From NCBI GenBank assembly GCA_039589315.1, contig JBDHHQ010000042.1, forward strand, positions 1 to 64,000: a stretch of 64,000 bases of DNA. The letters run 5' to 3'. The position numbers and the translations under genes were made by a program. The notes below the pieces were generated by a model. It saw only the letters and a program-made list of their open reading frames with translations. It was not told the origin of the DNA and searched no databases. The stretch is from Gemmatimonadota bacterium (lineage in GTDB: Bacteria; Gemmatimonadota; Gemmatimonadetes; Longimicrobiales; Gaopeijiaceae). The first letter of the stretch is position 1. Every line of letters begins with the position of its first letter. Shown one piece after another: positions 10,149-20,160 of this stretch.

Positions 10149-11792
10149 CTACTCCGACACAGGTGACGCGGACGCAGGGAGCCGGATGACGATCCGAGTC
10201 CCCCCCTCGGCCTGATTCTCCAGCCTGACGGATCCGCCGTGGGCGACGGCGATCCGTCGGGCTACCGTGAGGCCGAGACCGGTACCCTCCGGACGTGTGG
10301 TGAAGAGTGGCTCGAAGACCCGTTCCATCAGCTCGGGCCGGACGCCGGGACCGGTATCGGCGATCTCGACGGCCACGTCATCGCCTCGCTTGGACAGCGT
10401 GATCGCAGCCTCACCGCCGCCATCCAGAGCCTCGGCGGCGTTTTGCAGGAGGTTCAGGAAGAGCTGCTCCAGCGCCCCCGCATCTCCTGTGACAAGAGCG
10501 GGGCGGTCGCCGAGCTCGACGACCAGAGTCGCTCCTCTCTCCGAAAAGGCCGGCTCGGAGGCGTACACGGCGGCGCGAGCGGGTGCCCGAATGTCGACGA
10601 CAGCTTCAGGCGCAACGCCCGTTCGCGCCGACGCCAGAGCCGCCGACACCGTATTGTTGAGACGGGCGATCTCGCCGAGCGCACGCTCCTGCTCTTCGCG
10701 CAGGGCGAAGTCGGACGGGAGCGCCTCCTCGACCCGCTGAAGATCCAAGCGGATCGCGGTGAGAGGGTTCCGGACCTCGTGGGCGAGCGACGCCGCGAAC
10801 TCCCCCACCGCCGCCAGGGATTCCCGGCTGGAAAGGCGCTCGAGCGTGCGCTCCAGGCTTTCAGTCATGGTATTGAAGGCTTCGGCCACACGGCCGACCT
10901 CGTCGTCGGCGTCCACCTGCACGCGTCGCCCCAGCTCGCCGCGGGACACGGCCTCTGCCGCCTCGGACAGTCGGCTCAGCGACCGGGTCAGGCGGCCCGT
11001 CAGCAACGCCGCGCCGCCGAGAGCCGAGAGGGCCACCGCGAATAGCACCCAGGTGCCCTGTCGAGACGCCCGGGCGAACGGCTCCGCGAAGGGAGTGAGC
11101 GGCGCCGCGACGATGACTCGGAGCGGCGGATCCTCCAGCGTCCTGCCCGCTGTCAGCCAGTCGCCGCCCCCCCAGCGGAACCGTGCACCCTCGAGCAACG
11201 GTGGGTCCACCGGCGTGGGGAGCAGTGGGACCCCATCCGCGTCGAAGAGACCTACCACCATGCCGGCGGTCCCCGCGACTCCTCCGGGCGGAAGCAGCGC
11301 CTCTACCAACAGGTCGATGTCCAGCGTGCCCAGAATCCGCCCGGACGTTCGCTCGTGGATATCCAGCTGGACACCGAGCGTCGGTGCCGGGAAGGGTCGA
11401 TTGACCGAGCCGGCATCGACATCATCTCGCTCCAGGTGCCAGCGCTCGCTCCCGTCAACGTCGCGGACCCGCGCGCGGGGGACCCCGGACCCCAGGCCCT
11501 CGAATAAGTGCACCAGCTCCGGAGGCGGCTCAGGTTGGCCCGGTGCGGCCAGAGCGATCAGCGTGGTTGGCTCCTCCGTGAGGAAGAGTAGAGCCGAGCG
11601 CTGAGAGATCCACCTCGACACCAGCTGCGAAACGGTCTCCTCCAAAGCCCTATCCAGGCGGTCTCGGAGAAGCTCTTCCCCGGAACGCGCGGCGGAGCGC
11701 GTGAGCCACAGCCCCACCAATCCCAGTGGAACCACGGCCACGCCGAGCACGACTAGAAGAATGCGCGTTCGGAACGACGGCGAGCGAGCCAT
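10149..11792 (-). CDS. HAMP-domain sensor histidine kinase
   Basis: Two TM segments, HAMP, H-box AHEVRNPL, N-box NLLQNA, G boxes DTGPG and GTGLGL. Confidence 0.93.
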   Translation of the reverse strand: MARSPSFRTRILLVVLGVAVVPLGLVGLWLTRSAARSGEELLRDRLDRALEETVSQLVSRWISQRSALLFLTEEPTTLIALAAPGQPEPPPELVHLFEGLGSGVPRARVRDVDGSERWHLERDDVDAGSVNRPFPAPTLGVQLDIHERTSGRILGTLDIDLLVEALLPPGGVAGTAGMVVGLFDADGVPLLPTPVDPPLLEGARFRWGGGDWLTAGRTLEDPPLRVIVAAPLTPFAEPFARASRQGTWVLFAVALSALGGAALLTGRLTRSLSRLSEAAEAVSRGELGRRVQVDADDEVGRVAEAFNTMTESLERTLERLSSRESLAAVGEFAASLAHEVRNPLTAIRLDLQRVEEALPSDFALREEQERALGEIARLNNTVSAALASARTGVAPEAVVDIRAPARAAVYASEPAFSERGATLVVELGDRPALVTGDAGALEQLFLNLLQNAAEALDGGGEAAITLSKRGDDVAVEIADTGPGVRPELMERVFEPLFTTRPEGTGLGLTVARRIAVAHGGSVRLENQAEGGTRIVIRLPASASPVSE

Positions 11793-11802
11793 GAGACGCA
11801 GA

Positions 11803-13179
11803 CTACTCGGCAGGGTCGGAAGCGACGTCGCCGCCGGCGCGTCCGGGGGCGAGCTCCTCCAACCCGTACTTCCCGATCAGGCGGTCGAGCCGCGGCCGTG
11901 AAACGCCCAGAATCTCTGACGCTCTCGACTTGTGCCCTCGCGTGGCCGTGAGCACCTGTCGTACATGCTCCTGCTCGACCTGCTCCAAGCTCGCCAGCCG
12001 AGCCGGGGAGCCGGGAGACCGCCCTCCGAGGGCCACGTGCTCCGGGCGCACGACCCCACCGGAGGCCTGCACCACGGCCCGGGTCAGGCAATTCTCCAGC
12101 TCGCGGACGTTCCCGGGCCACCGGTGCGCCATCAGCGCGTCGAGGGTTTCGGATGCCAGGACGGGTGGCTCGCGCCCCACAGCCTCGCTGACCTTGCGGA
12201 CCAGGTGATCCGCCAGCGGAGGGATGTCCGCCAGCCGGTCCCTGAGCGGGGGGACCACGATCTCGACCACACGCAGCCGGTAGTAGAGATCCTGCCGGAA
12301 CTCACCCGCGGAGACCATCGTCTCCAAGTCTCGGTGCGTGGCGGCCACGACCCGGGCCCAGGTTCGTTCCGGCCGCTCGGCGCCTACCGGGTAGTACTCG
12401 TGCTCTTGGAGGACACGGAGCAGCTTGCTCTGGAAGTCCAGAGAGGTGTCGCCGATCTCGTCCAGGAAGATCGTGCCGTTGCCGGCGAGCGCGAAGCGCC
12501 CTCGCCGATCGCTGGCAGCTCCCGTGAAGGCCCCCTTCACGTGGCCGAACAGCTCGGACTCCAGCAACGTCGACGGCAGCGCCGTGCAGTTCACGGGGAC
12601 GAAGGGCTCTTGGCAGAACGATGAGCTCGAATGGATGGCTTGCGCGATGAGCTCCTTGCCCGTGCCGCTCTGGCCTCGGATGAGGACGTTCGCCCGCGTC
12701 GCCGCCACCTGACCCACGATCTTGAAGATCTCGATCATCCTCGGGTCGTGACCGATGAGCTCTTCTCCGAGCGCGTGCTCGTCGCCAGCGGGAGCAACCG
12801 CCGCGGCGCGCAACCGACGGTCCTCGAAGATCCTGCCCACGACGCTCCTGAGCGCGTGCAGATCCAACGGCTTCACGAGGAAGTCTTCGGCACCCTCTCG
12901 CATCGCAGTGGCGATGGTCTGCAGGTCGTCGTAAGCCGTCATGAGGACTACGGCCGTCTCCGGCGCTCTCTCCTTGATCAGACGCAAGAGCTCCAGGCCG
13001 TCCATCTCGGGCATGCGGACGTCGGTCAGGATCAGGTCGACCGGAGAGTCGGCGAGTGCGGACAGCGCCCGGGTCGCGTTTTCGGCCACGCGGATGTCCG
13101 TGCCGGACTCCCCGAGCGCTCGAGCCAGGGAAGTGCGAACCCGGGCATCGTCGTCGACGATGAGGACGGAAGGGGACAT
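11803..13179 (-). CDS. Sigma-54-dependent NtrC/AtoC-family response regulator
   Basis: Receiver domain, GQSGTGKE, GAFTGA, FLDEIG, WPGNVREL, Fis-type HTH. Confidence 0.95.
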   Translation of the reverse strand: MSPSVLIVDDDARVRTSLARALGESGTDIRVAENATRALSALADSPVDLILTDVRMPEMDGLELLRLIKERAPETAVVLMTAYDDLQTIATAMREGAEDFLVKPLDLHALRSVVGRIFEDRRLRAAAVAPAGDEHALGEELIGHDPRMIEIFKIVGQVAATRANVLIRGQSGTGKELIAQAIHSSSSFCQEPFVPVNCTALPSTLLESELFGHVKGAFTGAASDRRGRFALAGNGTIFLDEIGDTSLDFQSKLLRVLQEHEYYPVGAERPERTWARVVAATHRDLETMVSAGEFRQDLYYRLRVVEIVVPPLRDRLADIPPLADHLVRKVSEAVGREPPVLASETLDALMAHRWPGNVRELENCLTRAVVQASGGVVRPEHVALGGRSPGSPARLASLEQVEQEHVRQVLTATRGHKSRASEILGVSRPRLDRLIGKYGLEELAPGRAGGDVASDPAE

Positions 13180-13330
13180 GGCGCCAGCGCTGTTGACGGG
13201 AGCGGACGACTGAAGGTTTGCACCGAGGCACCCGGACCCGCAACGGTTCGACTTACGAGCGGGACCCGGGGTCTTCCTCCCACCCGGACTACCGGGGCTC
13301 TACGGGTTACGGTGGCGAGCACCGCGGGGG

Positions 13331-15659
13331 TCAGCGGGCTGGGGACAGCCGCTCGATTGCCTGGCGGGCCGCTTCGACACGGGGTTGCAGCTCCGGGTCC
13401 GCATCCCTCCACAGCTCGATGAGGGCATTGTGGAGGTCGATCGCTCGCTCCCGGTCCCCCCGCTCCTCGTACAGTCGAGCCAGCCGTTCGTAGACGTGGG
13501 CCAGGAACAATGCATCCCAGTCGAGCCCCTCCACCCATGGCGTCGCGATGAATCGCTCGTACGCCGCCAATGCCGAGTCGGGCTGGCCGGCCATCTCGTA
13601 CGTGCGCCCGATATCCGGGAGGCCACACGTGCGACAGTCGTCCTCGATACCCGTTCGCCAGATCTCGAGCTCTCCGAGGGCTTCCCTGGGTTGGCCCTCG
13701 ACGAGGGCTGCGACGCCCAGCGCCCAGTGGGACCACAGCTCGAGCACCTCGTCTTCACTGGCGCCGACGGCCTCGGATTCAGCGAGCACTCTCCGCGCTG
13801 CGACGGCATCGCCCGCGTGCGCGTAGACCGCGGCCTGCATCTGGGCCGCGGGCATTGAAGGGGGGATCGAATCCGGTGGGACTCCATCCAACGCAGCCTT
13901 CAGTCTGCGCACTCCCGCGGCCCCGTCGCGTCGGATCAGAACGTCGAGGAACGCCAACTCCCACACATCCGTCACGTACCACGGCAGCTCCCCATTCTTG
14001 CGACGTGCCAGTAACGCCGCCTCCAGGTACCGCTCCGCGTCGGTGAGCTTCCCTCGGATCATGGCGAGCCTTGCCAGCAGCTCGTCTACCTCTGGGTGGT
14101 CGAGCCCCCTGCCTTGCGCACGTATCTCGGCCGCCAGACGCTCAGCCCCCTCGTAGTCACGCCTCGCAACCGCGGGTGACACCGACGCCTGGTCCACCCG
14201 CAGATTCGCTCCTAGCCTGTCACGCATCTCCGCCAGCGCGGCTTCTGCCTCGCCGATCTTGCCCTGCTCGATTCGCGAAGAAACCAAGTTGCTCCATACG
14301 AGGCCCGGGTGGGGGTCGGCAGCGATCGCGCGGGTCAACAGGCTCTCGGCCTCCGCGTAGTCCTTCGACTCCATGTAGATGATGGCCAGGTTGTTCAGCG
14401 CCCTGTGGTCGTCGGGATAGGTATCAAGGAGCGTCGAACGCTTCCACGCCGCCGAGCGAGACCACCAGCTTCCGATACGCCATCGCGAACGTCGAATCCA
14501 GCGCCACCGCCTCGCGCAGCAGCGCAGCGCCTCTTTGCCGATCCGCGTCTCCCTCGATCGCCTTCACGCCCTGCGAGTATTTCCGCAGCGCCTCGAGAGA
14601 CGACGTGGTTACGCGTTCGAGCGGTTGTCCGGCTCGGATCGACACGAGGGACTCCCCGACCCGCTCACGGAGTCTGTTCGAAAGCCGATCGATGCCCTCT
14701 ATGATGTCTGCGGAGTCAGCAGACTCGCGGTGGGCCCAGAACACCTCGCCGGACTCGGCGGCCACGATTCGGCTCGACAGGACGAATCTCCCTCCGATTG
14801 CCGTCACCTCACCGGCGATCACGGCCTTGAGCCCCTCACGGAGGGCTACTTCCCTGGCGACCTCGAACGACAGGGGCAGCGTGGGATCGCGCTCCATCCG
14901 CTCGAGCGCGCGCACGACGTAGTCGGACTCCACTACCCTGACGACCGAAGAGCGGGAGAGATCGGTACGGAGCGCCTCGGTCGCTGCGAGAGCGAGGAGG
15001 GAGTCGCCGGCTTGGTCCTCGAAGTCCGCCAGGATGATGGGCTCCCGCGCCTCCAGGACGCCCTTGGCCACCAGCGAGCCCACAGGACCCACGCCCATCG
15101 CCCACATAGCCACGTACCCACCGGAGAGAACACCCAACACCACGAACGCTCCCGCAGCGGTAAGAAGGACGTTCCGCCACGTGAGAATGCTCTGCAGACC
15201 TTCGGACTTCAGGCTCTCGGCGCTGGGCGTCGGCCCGGGCTCGTCCTCCCGAGCGTCGCTGACGAGGGCCGTGCCGATCACGACGGGAAGCAGGGCGATC
15301 AGCAGAACACCTGCAAGAGGAGGAAACCACGCTGGAAGCCCGATCCAGGTGGCGATGAGTCCGATGAGCACGTAGCCGGCGTAGGCCGCCACGACATAGA
15401 TGACCAACACCAGCCAGAATGTGCCCCGACGCCGGCTGCCCGCGTCGCCCTCCTGGACGAACGCGGTGGCCATGACCACAGGGAGCAGGACGAGCAGCAC
15501 TCCCAGCGAGACCGGTGGGAGCCACGCTGGGAGCCCGAGGGCCGAGGTAAACGTGTCCACCACCTGCAGGACGGCCCAGCTGGCAAGGGCGTAGACACCC
15601 AGCACCTGCCACAGCGATCTGCGGTGGATCTCATGGACGAGGTTTCTGACGGGGTTCAC
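13331..15659 (-). pseudogene. Membrane-anchored TolB-N-like/TPR protein split by a frameshift near 14440
   Basis: GTG start 15659 (MNPVRNLVHEIHRRSLWQVL); frame ends at 14424 after ALDSTFAMAYRKL; TPR repeats resume in another frame (TLLDTYPDDHRALNNLA...) to 13331. Confidence 0.7.
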
Positions 15660-15954
15660 CTCGGCGGCTCCTTCTCGGCCTTTCCGGCTCGGCGAATATG
15701 CCTCTCGTGAGCCACTCCGAATAGGTCGCCGGCTGGCCACGCGAGGAAGTGCGTGCGAACACAATCCGGGCCCGCAGTCGCCGACTCCGGCCACCCCTCT
15801 GCCCCAGGGATGGTCGTCGTTCAGGCCGGCAAGACGGGCTTGGTCGACGCTTGCTCGCCTATGCGCCCTTGCCGCATACTTGCTGAGCCCGTCCCCAGCT
15901 TTGGTGCCGTCTGGCGAGCCCGGGGCCGAGTCGAGGCGGCGTACGGTGGACGTC

Positions 15955-18609
15955 ATGACCGTCGAGGCCGCGACCCTCTCCGAATCAGGACGGCAGTGCG
16001 TGGAAGAAGGGACTCGACAGCTCGCAGCCATCATGTTCGCCGACATGGTGGGGTACACTGCCCTCATGCAGGAGGACGAAGGGCGGGCCCATACCCAACG
16101 TGAGCGGCAGCGGGACGCACTCGCCGACATCGTCCCCCGACACAACGGAGAGATCCTCCAGCACTACGGCGACGGCACGCTGAGCGTGTTCCACAGCGCC
16201 GTCGAGGCTGTGGAGTGCGCCGTCGAGATCCAGTTGGAGATGCGGAGGGAACCTGCGGTCCCCCTCCGAATCGGGGTGCAAATCGGGGACATCGTGCATG
16301 ACCGGGACGGGGTCTATGGCGACAGCGTGAACGTCGCCGCGCGGATCGAGGCGCTGTCGGCCCCAGGCGGCGTCCTGATCACCAGCAAGGTCCTCGACGA
16401 GATCAAGAACCATCCGTCTCTCTCGACCGTGCCGTGTGGGGAGGTCAGGCTCAAGAACGTCCAGCAGCCCGTTCGAGTCTTTGCCATCACCAACGATGGG
16501 CTCAACGTTCCTACCGAAGCTCAGGTTCGGGCGAAGGCCGGTGGATCTGCCACGACGCCTACCCCGACGACCGAAGAGAGCGCCCAGGAGCTCGATCGTG
16601 AGTCCCGTGCCACAGCCGGTGCCGGAGAGGTCTTTCTCCAGAACATCAGGGAAAGGGCGCTCGTCCAGTGGTCACTGGTCTACCTGGCTACGGCGTGGGC
16701 GCTCGTGGAGATCGTTCAGTTCCTGAGCCGGCACTACGCTTGGCCGTCGGCGATCCCGGAGAGCTTTGCCTTGATCGCCTTCGCGGGCTTCTTCTTCGCG
16801 CTCGTGGTCACGTGGTTCCACGGTGAGAAGGGCCGCCAGCGCCTTCGGAGGAGCGAGGTCCTCATCTATCTGGCGCTGGTCCTCGCGACGGCTGGGGCAC
16901 TCACGATCTTGCCATCGCCGTCCCGGGTGGGGACACCCACCGATCCGGGCGTGCTCACCCCGGCGGCTGTCCTCGACGGCCGATCGTCGGTTGCCGTGCT
17001 CCCCTTCGAGAACCTCAGCGGGGACGAGGAGAACGCCTACTTCGCTTCGGGCCTGCATGACGAGGTCATGACACAGCTCCAGCGGGTCGCCGACCTTCGC
17101 GTCATCAGCCGCACCTCGGTAATGGAATACGCCGACCAGAGGCCGAACGTGCGTGTGATCGCTGCCAACCTCAGGGTGAACCATGTGACCGAAGGGACGG
17201 TCCAGCGGATCGGCGACCGCTTACGCGTGCACGTCCAGCTGATCGACGCGGCCACGGACGCTCAGGTCTGGTCCGAGCGTTACGATCGCGAGGTGGATGA
17301 TGCCTTCGACGTGCAAAGCAACATCGCCGAGATGATCGCGGACGCACTGGCGACCACACTGACCGAGGCGGAGCGGGGCGCGATCTCGCGGCCTCCCACC
17401 GCCGACCCGGAGGCGTATCGACTCTACCTCCAGGGTCGTGACTACCTACTGCGTCCCGGGTACCGTCGGGACAACTTCGAGTCTGCGGAGTTGCTCTACA
17501 GCCGCGCAGCTGCGGTCGACCCCGAGTTCGCACTGGTGCGCGCGGAGCTGTCGCGCGTTCACGGTCTGCTCTACTGGGAGAACTTCGACCCTTCCCCGAC
17601 GCGACTCGAGTGGCAGCGAGCCGAGGCCGAGGAGGCACTGCGTCTGGACCCGGACTTGCCTCAAGCTCATCGGGCCCTGGGTTGGGTCCACTATGTCGGG
17701 GGCGATTACGCGAGGGCCCTGGAAGAGTACAACATCGCTCTGGCGGGGCTGCCGAACGACGCCGAGATCGTCGCGTCCATCGGCTACACGCACCGGCGCC
17801 TGGGCGACTGGCCCGAGGTCTTCGCCGCGTTCGCGAAGGCCACGGCGCTCAGCCCACGCAACGCGAATCTGGTCTATGATCTGGGTGGGCACAGCTTCCT
17901 GGCCACCCGCCGGTACGCCGAGGCGGCACAGGCATACGAGAGGGCGGAAACCCTCGCGCCCGACCTCTACGACGCCGCCATCCACAAGGGCCATACGTAC
18001 GTGCACTGGCAGGGTCACCTCGACACGCTCGAGGCCGTAGTCGCACGTCTCCCTTTGGACCTTCACCTCCCGGAAATCGAACTGGTACGGGTCGATTTCG
18101 CGCTGTGGAGCCGAGATGCAACCGCTCTACTCGGATACCTTGAAGCGACGCCGGGACCGGCCTTCGAGACACAGATCGCCTACTTGCCGAAGTCGCTCTA
18201 CACTGCGTGGGCGCACCGGCTCCGGGGAGATCAGCCCGCAGCTCGCGCGGCCTTCGACTCGGCTCTGGTGTCGCTGGAGCGCCTGGTCCGAGAGAATCCA
18301 GACGACGTGCGCTTGCTAACGAGCCTGGGGTACGCCTACGCAGGTCTGGGCCGTAGCCAGGACGCGGCGGACAGCGCCGAACGGTTGATGGGATCCAGCC
18401 AGCGGGCCGGGCTCGAGATGTCCGAGGCGGCCGCGAGAATCCTCGCGCAGGCGAGCCTGCCCGATCTGGCCATCTCCTACCTGGAGACGCTGCTGGAGGC
18501 CGATTCGCCGGTCAGTGCGCAGACGCTGCGCCTGGATCCGCTTCTGGACCCCATCCGTGACCACCCGGCGTTCGAGTCTTTGATCGAGCGACACAGCGGG
18601 CGGAACTGA
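15955..18609 (+). CDS. Class III adenylate/guanylate cyclase - TM - TolB-N - TPR protein
   Basis: FADMVGYT, GDG, GDSVNVAARIE; SVAVLPFENLS; TPR repeats; start codon uncertain (15955 or 16000). Confidence 0.88.
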   Translation: MTVEAATLSESGRQCVEEGTRQLAAIMFADMVGYTALMQEDEGRAHTQRERQRDALADIVPRHNGEILQHYGDGTLSVFHSAVEAVECAVEIQLEMRREPAVPLRIGVQIGDIVHDRDGVYGDSVNVAARIEALSAPGGVLITSKVLDEIKNHPSLSTVPCGEVRLKNVQQPVRVFAITNDGLNVPTEAQVRAKAGGSATTPTPTTEESAQELDRESRATAGAGEVFLQNIRERALVQWSLVYLATAWALVEIVQFLSRHYAWPSAIPESFALIAFAGFFFALVVTWFHGEKGRQRLRRSEVLIYLALVLATAGALTILPSPSRVGTPTDPGVLTPAAVLDGRSSVAVLPFENLSGDEENAYFASGLHDEVMTQLQRVADLRVISRTSVMEYADQRPNVRVIAANLRVNHVTEGTVQRIGDRLRVHVQLIDAATDAQVWSERYDREVDDAFDVQSNIAEMIADALATTLTEAERGAISRPPTADPEAYRLYLQGRDYLLRPGYRRDNFESAELLYSRAAAVDPEFALVRAELSRVHGLLYWENFDPSPTRLEWQRAEAEEALRLDPDLPQAHRALGWVHYVGGDYARALEEYNIALAGLPNDAEIVASIGYTHRRLGDWPEVFAAFAKATALSPRNANLVYDLGGHSFLATRRYAEAAQAYERAETLAPDLYDAAIHKGHTYVHWQGHLDTLEAVVARLPLDLHLPEIELVRVDFALWSRDATALLGYLEATPGPAFETQIAYLPKSLYTAWAHRLRGDQPAARAAFDSALVSLERLVRENPDDVRLLTSLGYAYAGLGRSQDAADSAERLMGSSQRAGLEMSEAAARILAQASLPDLAISYLETLLEADSPVSAQTLRLDPLLDPIRDHPAFESLIERHSGRN

Positions 18610-18734
18610 CCCTGGTGGGCTGATCGCGGGCGGGGGCACAATACATGTCGAGAGGTTGGGCTGAGCCGGGGCCGACGCGTCGGCGCCGCGCAACCGAGCG
18701 GACCCAATGGGTTCGAGGCTAAAGGGGGTGGGAG

Positions 18735-19922
18735 ATGAGGGGTGCACCGCTCGAGCACGGACCGGCGGTCGGGATCGGGATTCTGTTGGGGTCATGGATT
18801 CTGATGGGCTTGGCCACCCAAGCAACCGCCCAGGTCCGGTTCACTGACGACTTTTCGGGCGATCTGTCCGGTTGGCACGTCCGGGGAGCTCGCGCCATCG
18901 AGATCCGCGAGTCAGGCGACCCGTCGCATGGTGCCGTACTGGTTTTGAACCCGGACGGGTGGGACGTCTACGCCCTGATCCGAGGGTCGGACCAATGGGG
19001 CACCGTTCGCATCGAAGGTGACGTGTTCTTCCCCGACGACGAGCACAACTATTTGGGTGTGCTCTACAACTTCACTCGCACCGGGTCGCGAACCGACTTC
19101 GGGAACATCTACATCAAGGGGAACGGCAGTTATCTCCGCATGAATCCCCACCGTGACGGGAACGTGTCTCGAATCCTCTACGAGGAGTTGAGAACCCCCC
19201 TCACCGGGGAGGCCGCCATTCGCATCGGAGAGTGGCAGCGTTTTGCCCTCGAGGTCATGGATAACGTGGCCCATTTCTACGTCGGGAACATGGATGTTCC
19301 TCAGGTCACGTTCGACCTCTTCGAGGGCTCCTCGGGCCTCGTGGGCTTTCAACCCCGTTCGGTCGGCGCGCCCGTCTGGATCGACAACATCCAGGTGACC
19401 TCGGTCGACGGGCTGAGTTACGACGGAGTCCCTGTCCCGGAGGGGGTCTCCTACGAGCCGGACGAGCTCCTCACGGACTGGGAGGTCATCGGACCCTTGA
19501 GCGAGCATGACGACGCGGTGGCGCGCGGAGAGCCCGGCACCGAACGAAGATGGCGCCCCTTCGATGTCGACGCCCGTGGGGCCGTAGTGACCGGCAGGGT
19601 GGTCGAGTACGCGGGTAGCCGCACGGTCGCGTACTTCAGAACGACACTGCATTCGGATCGGGAACAGGAGGTTCTCATCGGCTTCGGCTCCGCCGACAAC
19701 TTTGCCCTCTGGTTCAACGGAAGGTTTGCGGGCTTCGTGTCCAACACCGGCGGCTATGCTTGGTATGACTTCTGGAAGAACCCGGAACGCGAGCAACGTC
19801 GGGGTCGGTTCACGCTCCAGCCCGGTGAGAACCACGTCGTGGTGCGGGTTCAAGGCGGGCAATATGCCACCGGCGGCTTCTTCGCCCGTGTCGCAGAGCC
19901 GGAGGAGGGTGATGGGTCATGA
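18735..19922 (+). CDS. Secreted protein with DUF1080/lectin-like N-terminal domain
   Basis: Signal peptide ATA-Q, FTDDFSGDLSGW, second beta-sandwich domain. Confidence 0.65.
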   Translation: MRGAPLEHGPAVGIGILLGSWILMGLATQATAQVRFTDDFSGDLSGWHVRGARAIEIRESGDPSHGAVLVLNPDGWDVYALIRGSDQWGTVRIEGDVFFPDDEHNYLGVLYNFTRTGSRTDFGNIYIKGNGSYLRMNPHRDGNVSRILYEELRTPLTGEAAIRIGEWQRFALEVMDNVAHFYVGNMDVPQVTFDLFEGSSGLVGFQPRSVGAPVWIDNIQVTSVDGLSYDGVPVPEGVSYEPDELLTDWEVIGPLSEHDDAVARGEPGTERRWRPFDVDARGAVVTGRVVEYAGSRTVAYFRTTLHSDREQEVLIGFGSADNFALWFNGRFAGFVSNTGGYAWYDFWKNPEREQRRGRFTLQPGENHVVVRVQGGQYATGGFFARVAEPEEGDGS

Positions 19923-19977
19923 TGCGACGGCTACGCTGCTAGGCCGGCGGACGTCTCGCTCGCGCCTGCCGAAGGAC

Positions 19978-20160
19978 GCCACACACTGAGGGACGCACCG
20001 AATCGCCTCGGGACTACGCGCTCTTCCAGCGATCCCATTCTGAAGCGGCAGGCTCCCGAAGGAGCTCCGACGACTGCGCCGCTCCTCGGTAACGCGAGCC
20101 GTGCATTCAGGGCTGTGCCGCCCTATCCTGAAAGCGGTTTGGCTCGAGACCGAGGCCCCG
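19978..20160 (+). repeat. att-like element, distal half (promoter part) upstream of kinase 1
   Basis: Aligns with 62715-62892, including GTGCAT-N17-TATCCT. Confidence 0.75.

Noticed and set aside
20101..20160. N-terminal extensions of kinase ORFs (MHSG...)
   Set aside because: They are translations of the promoter part of the element; the conserved MSDP start is the credible one
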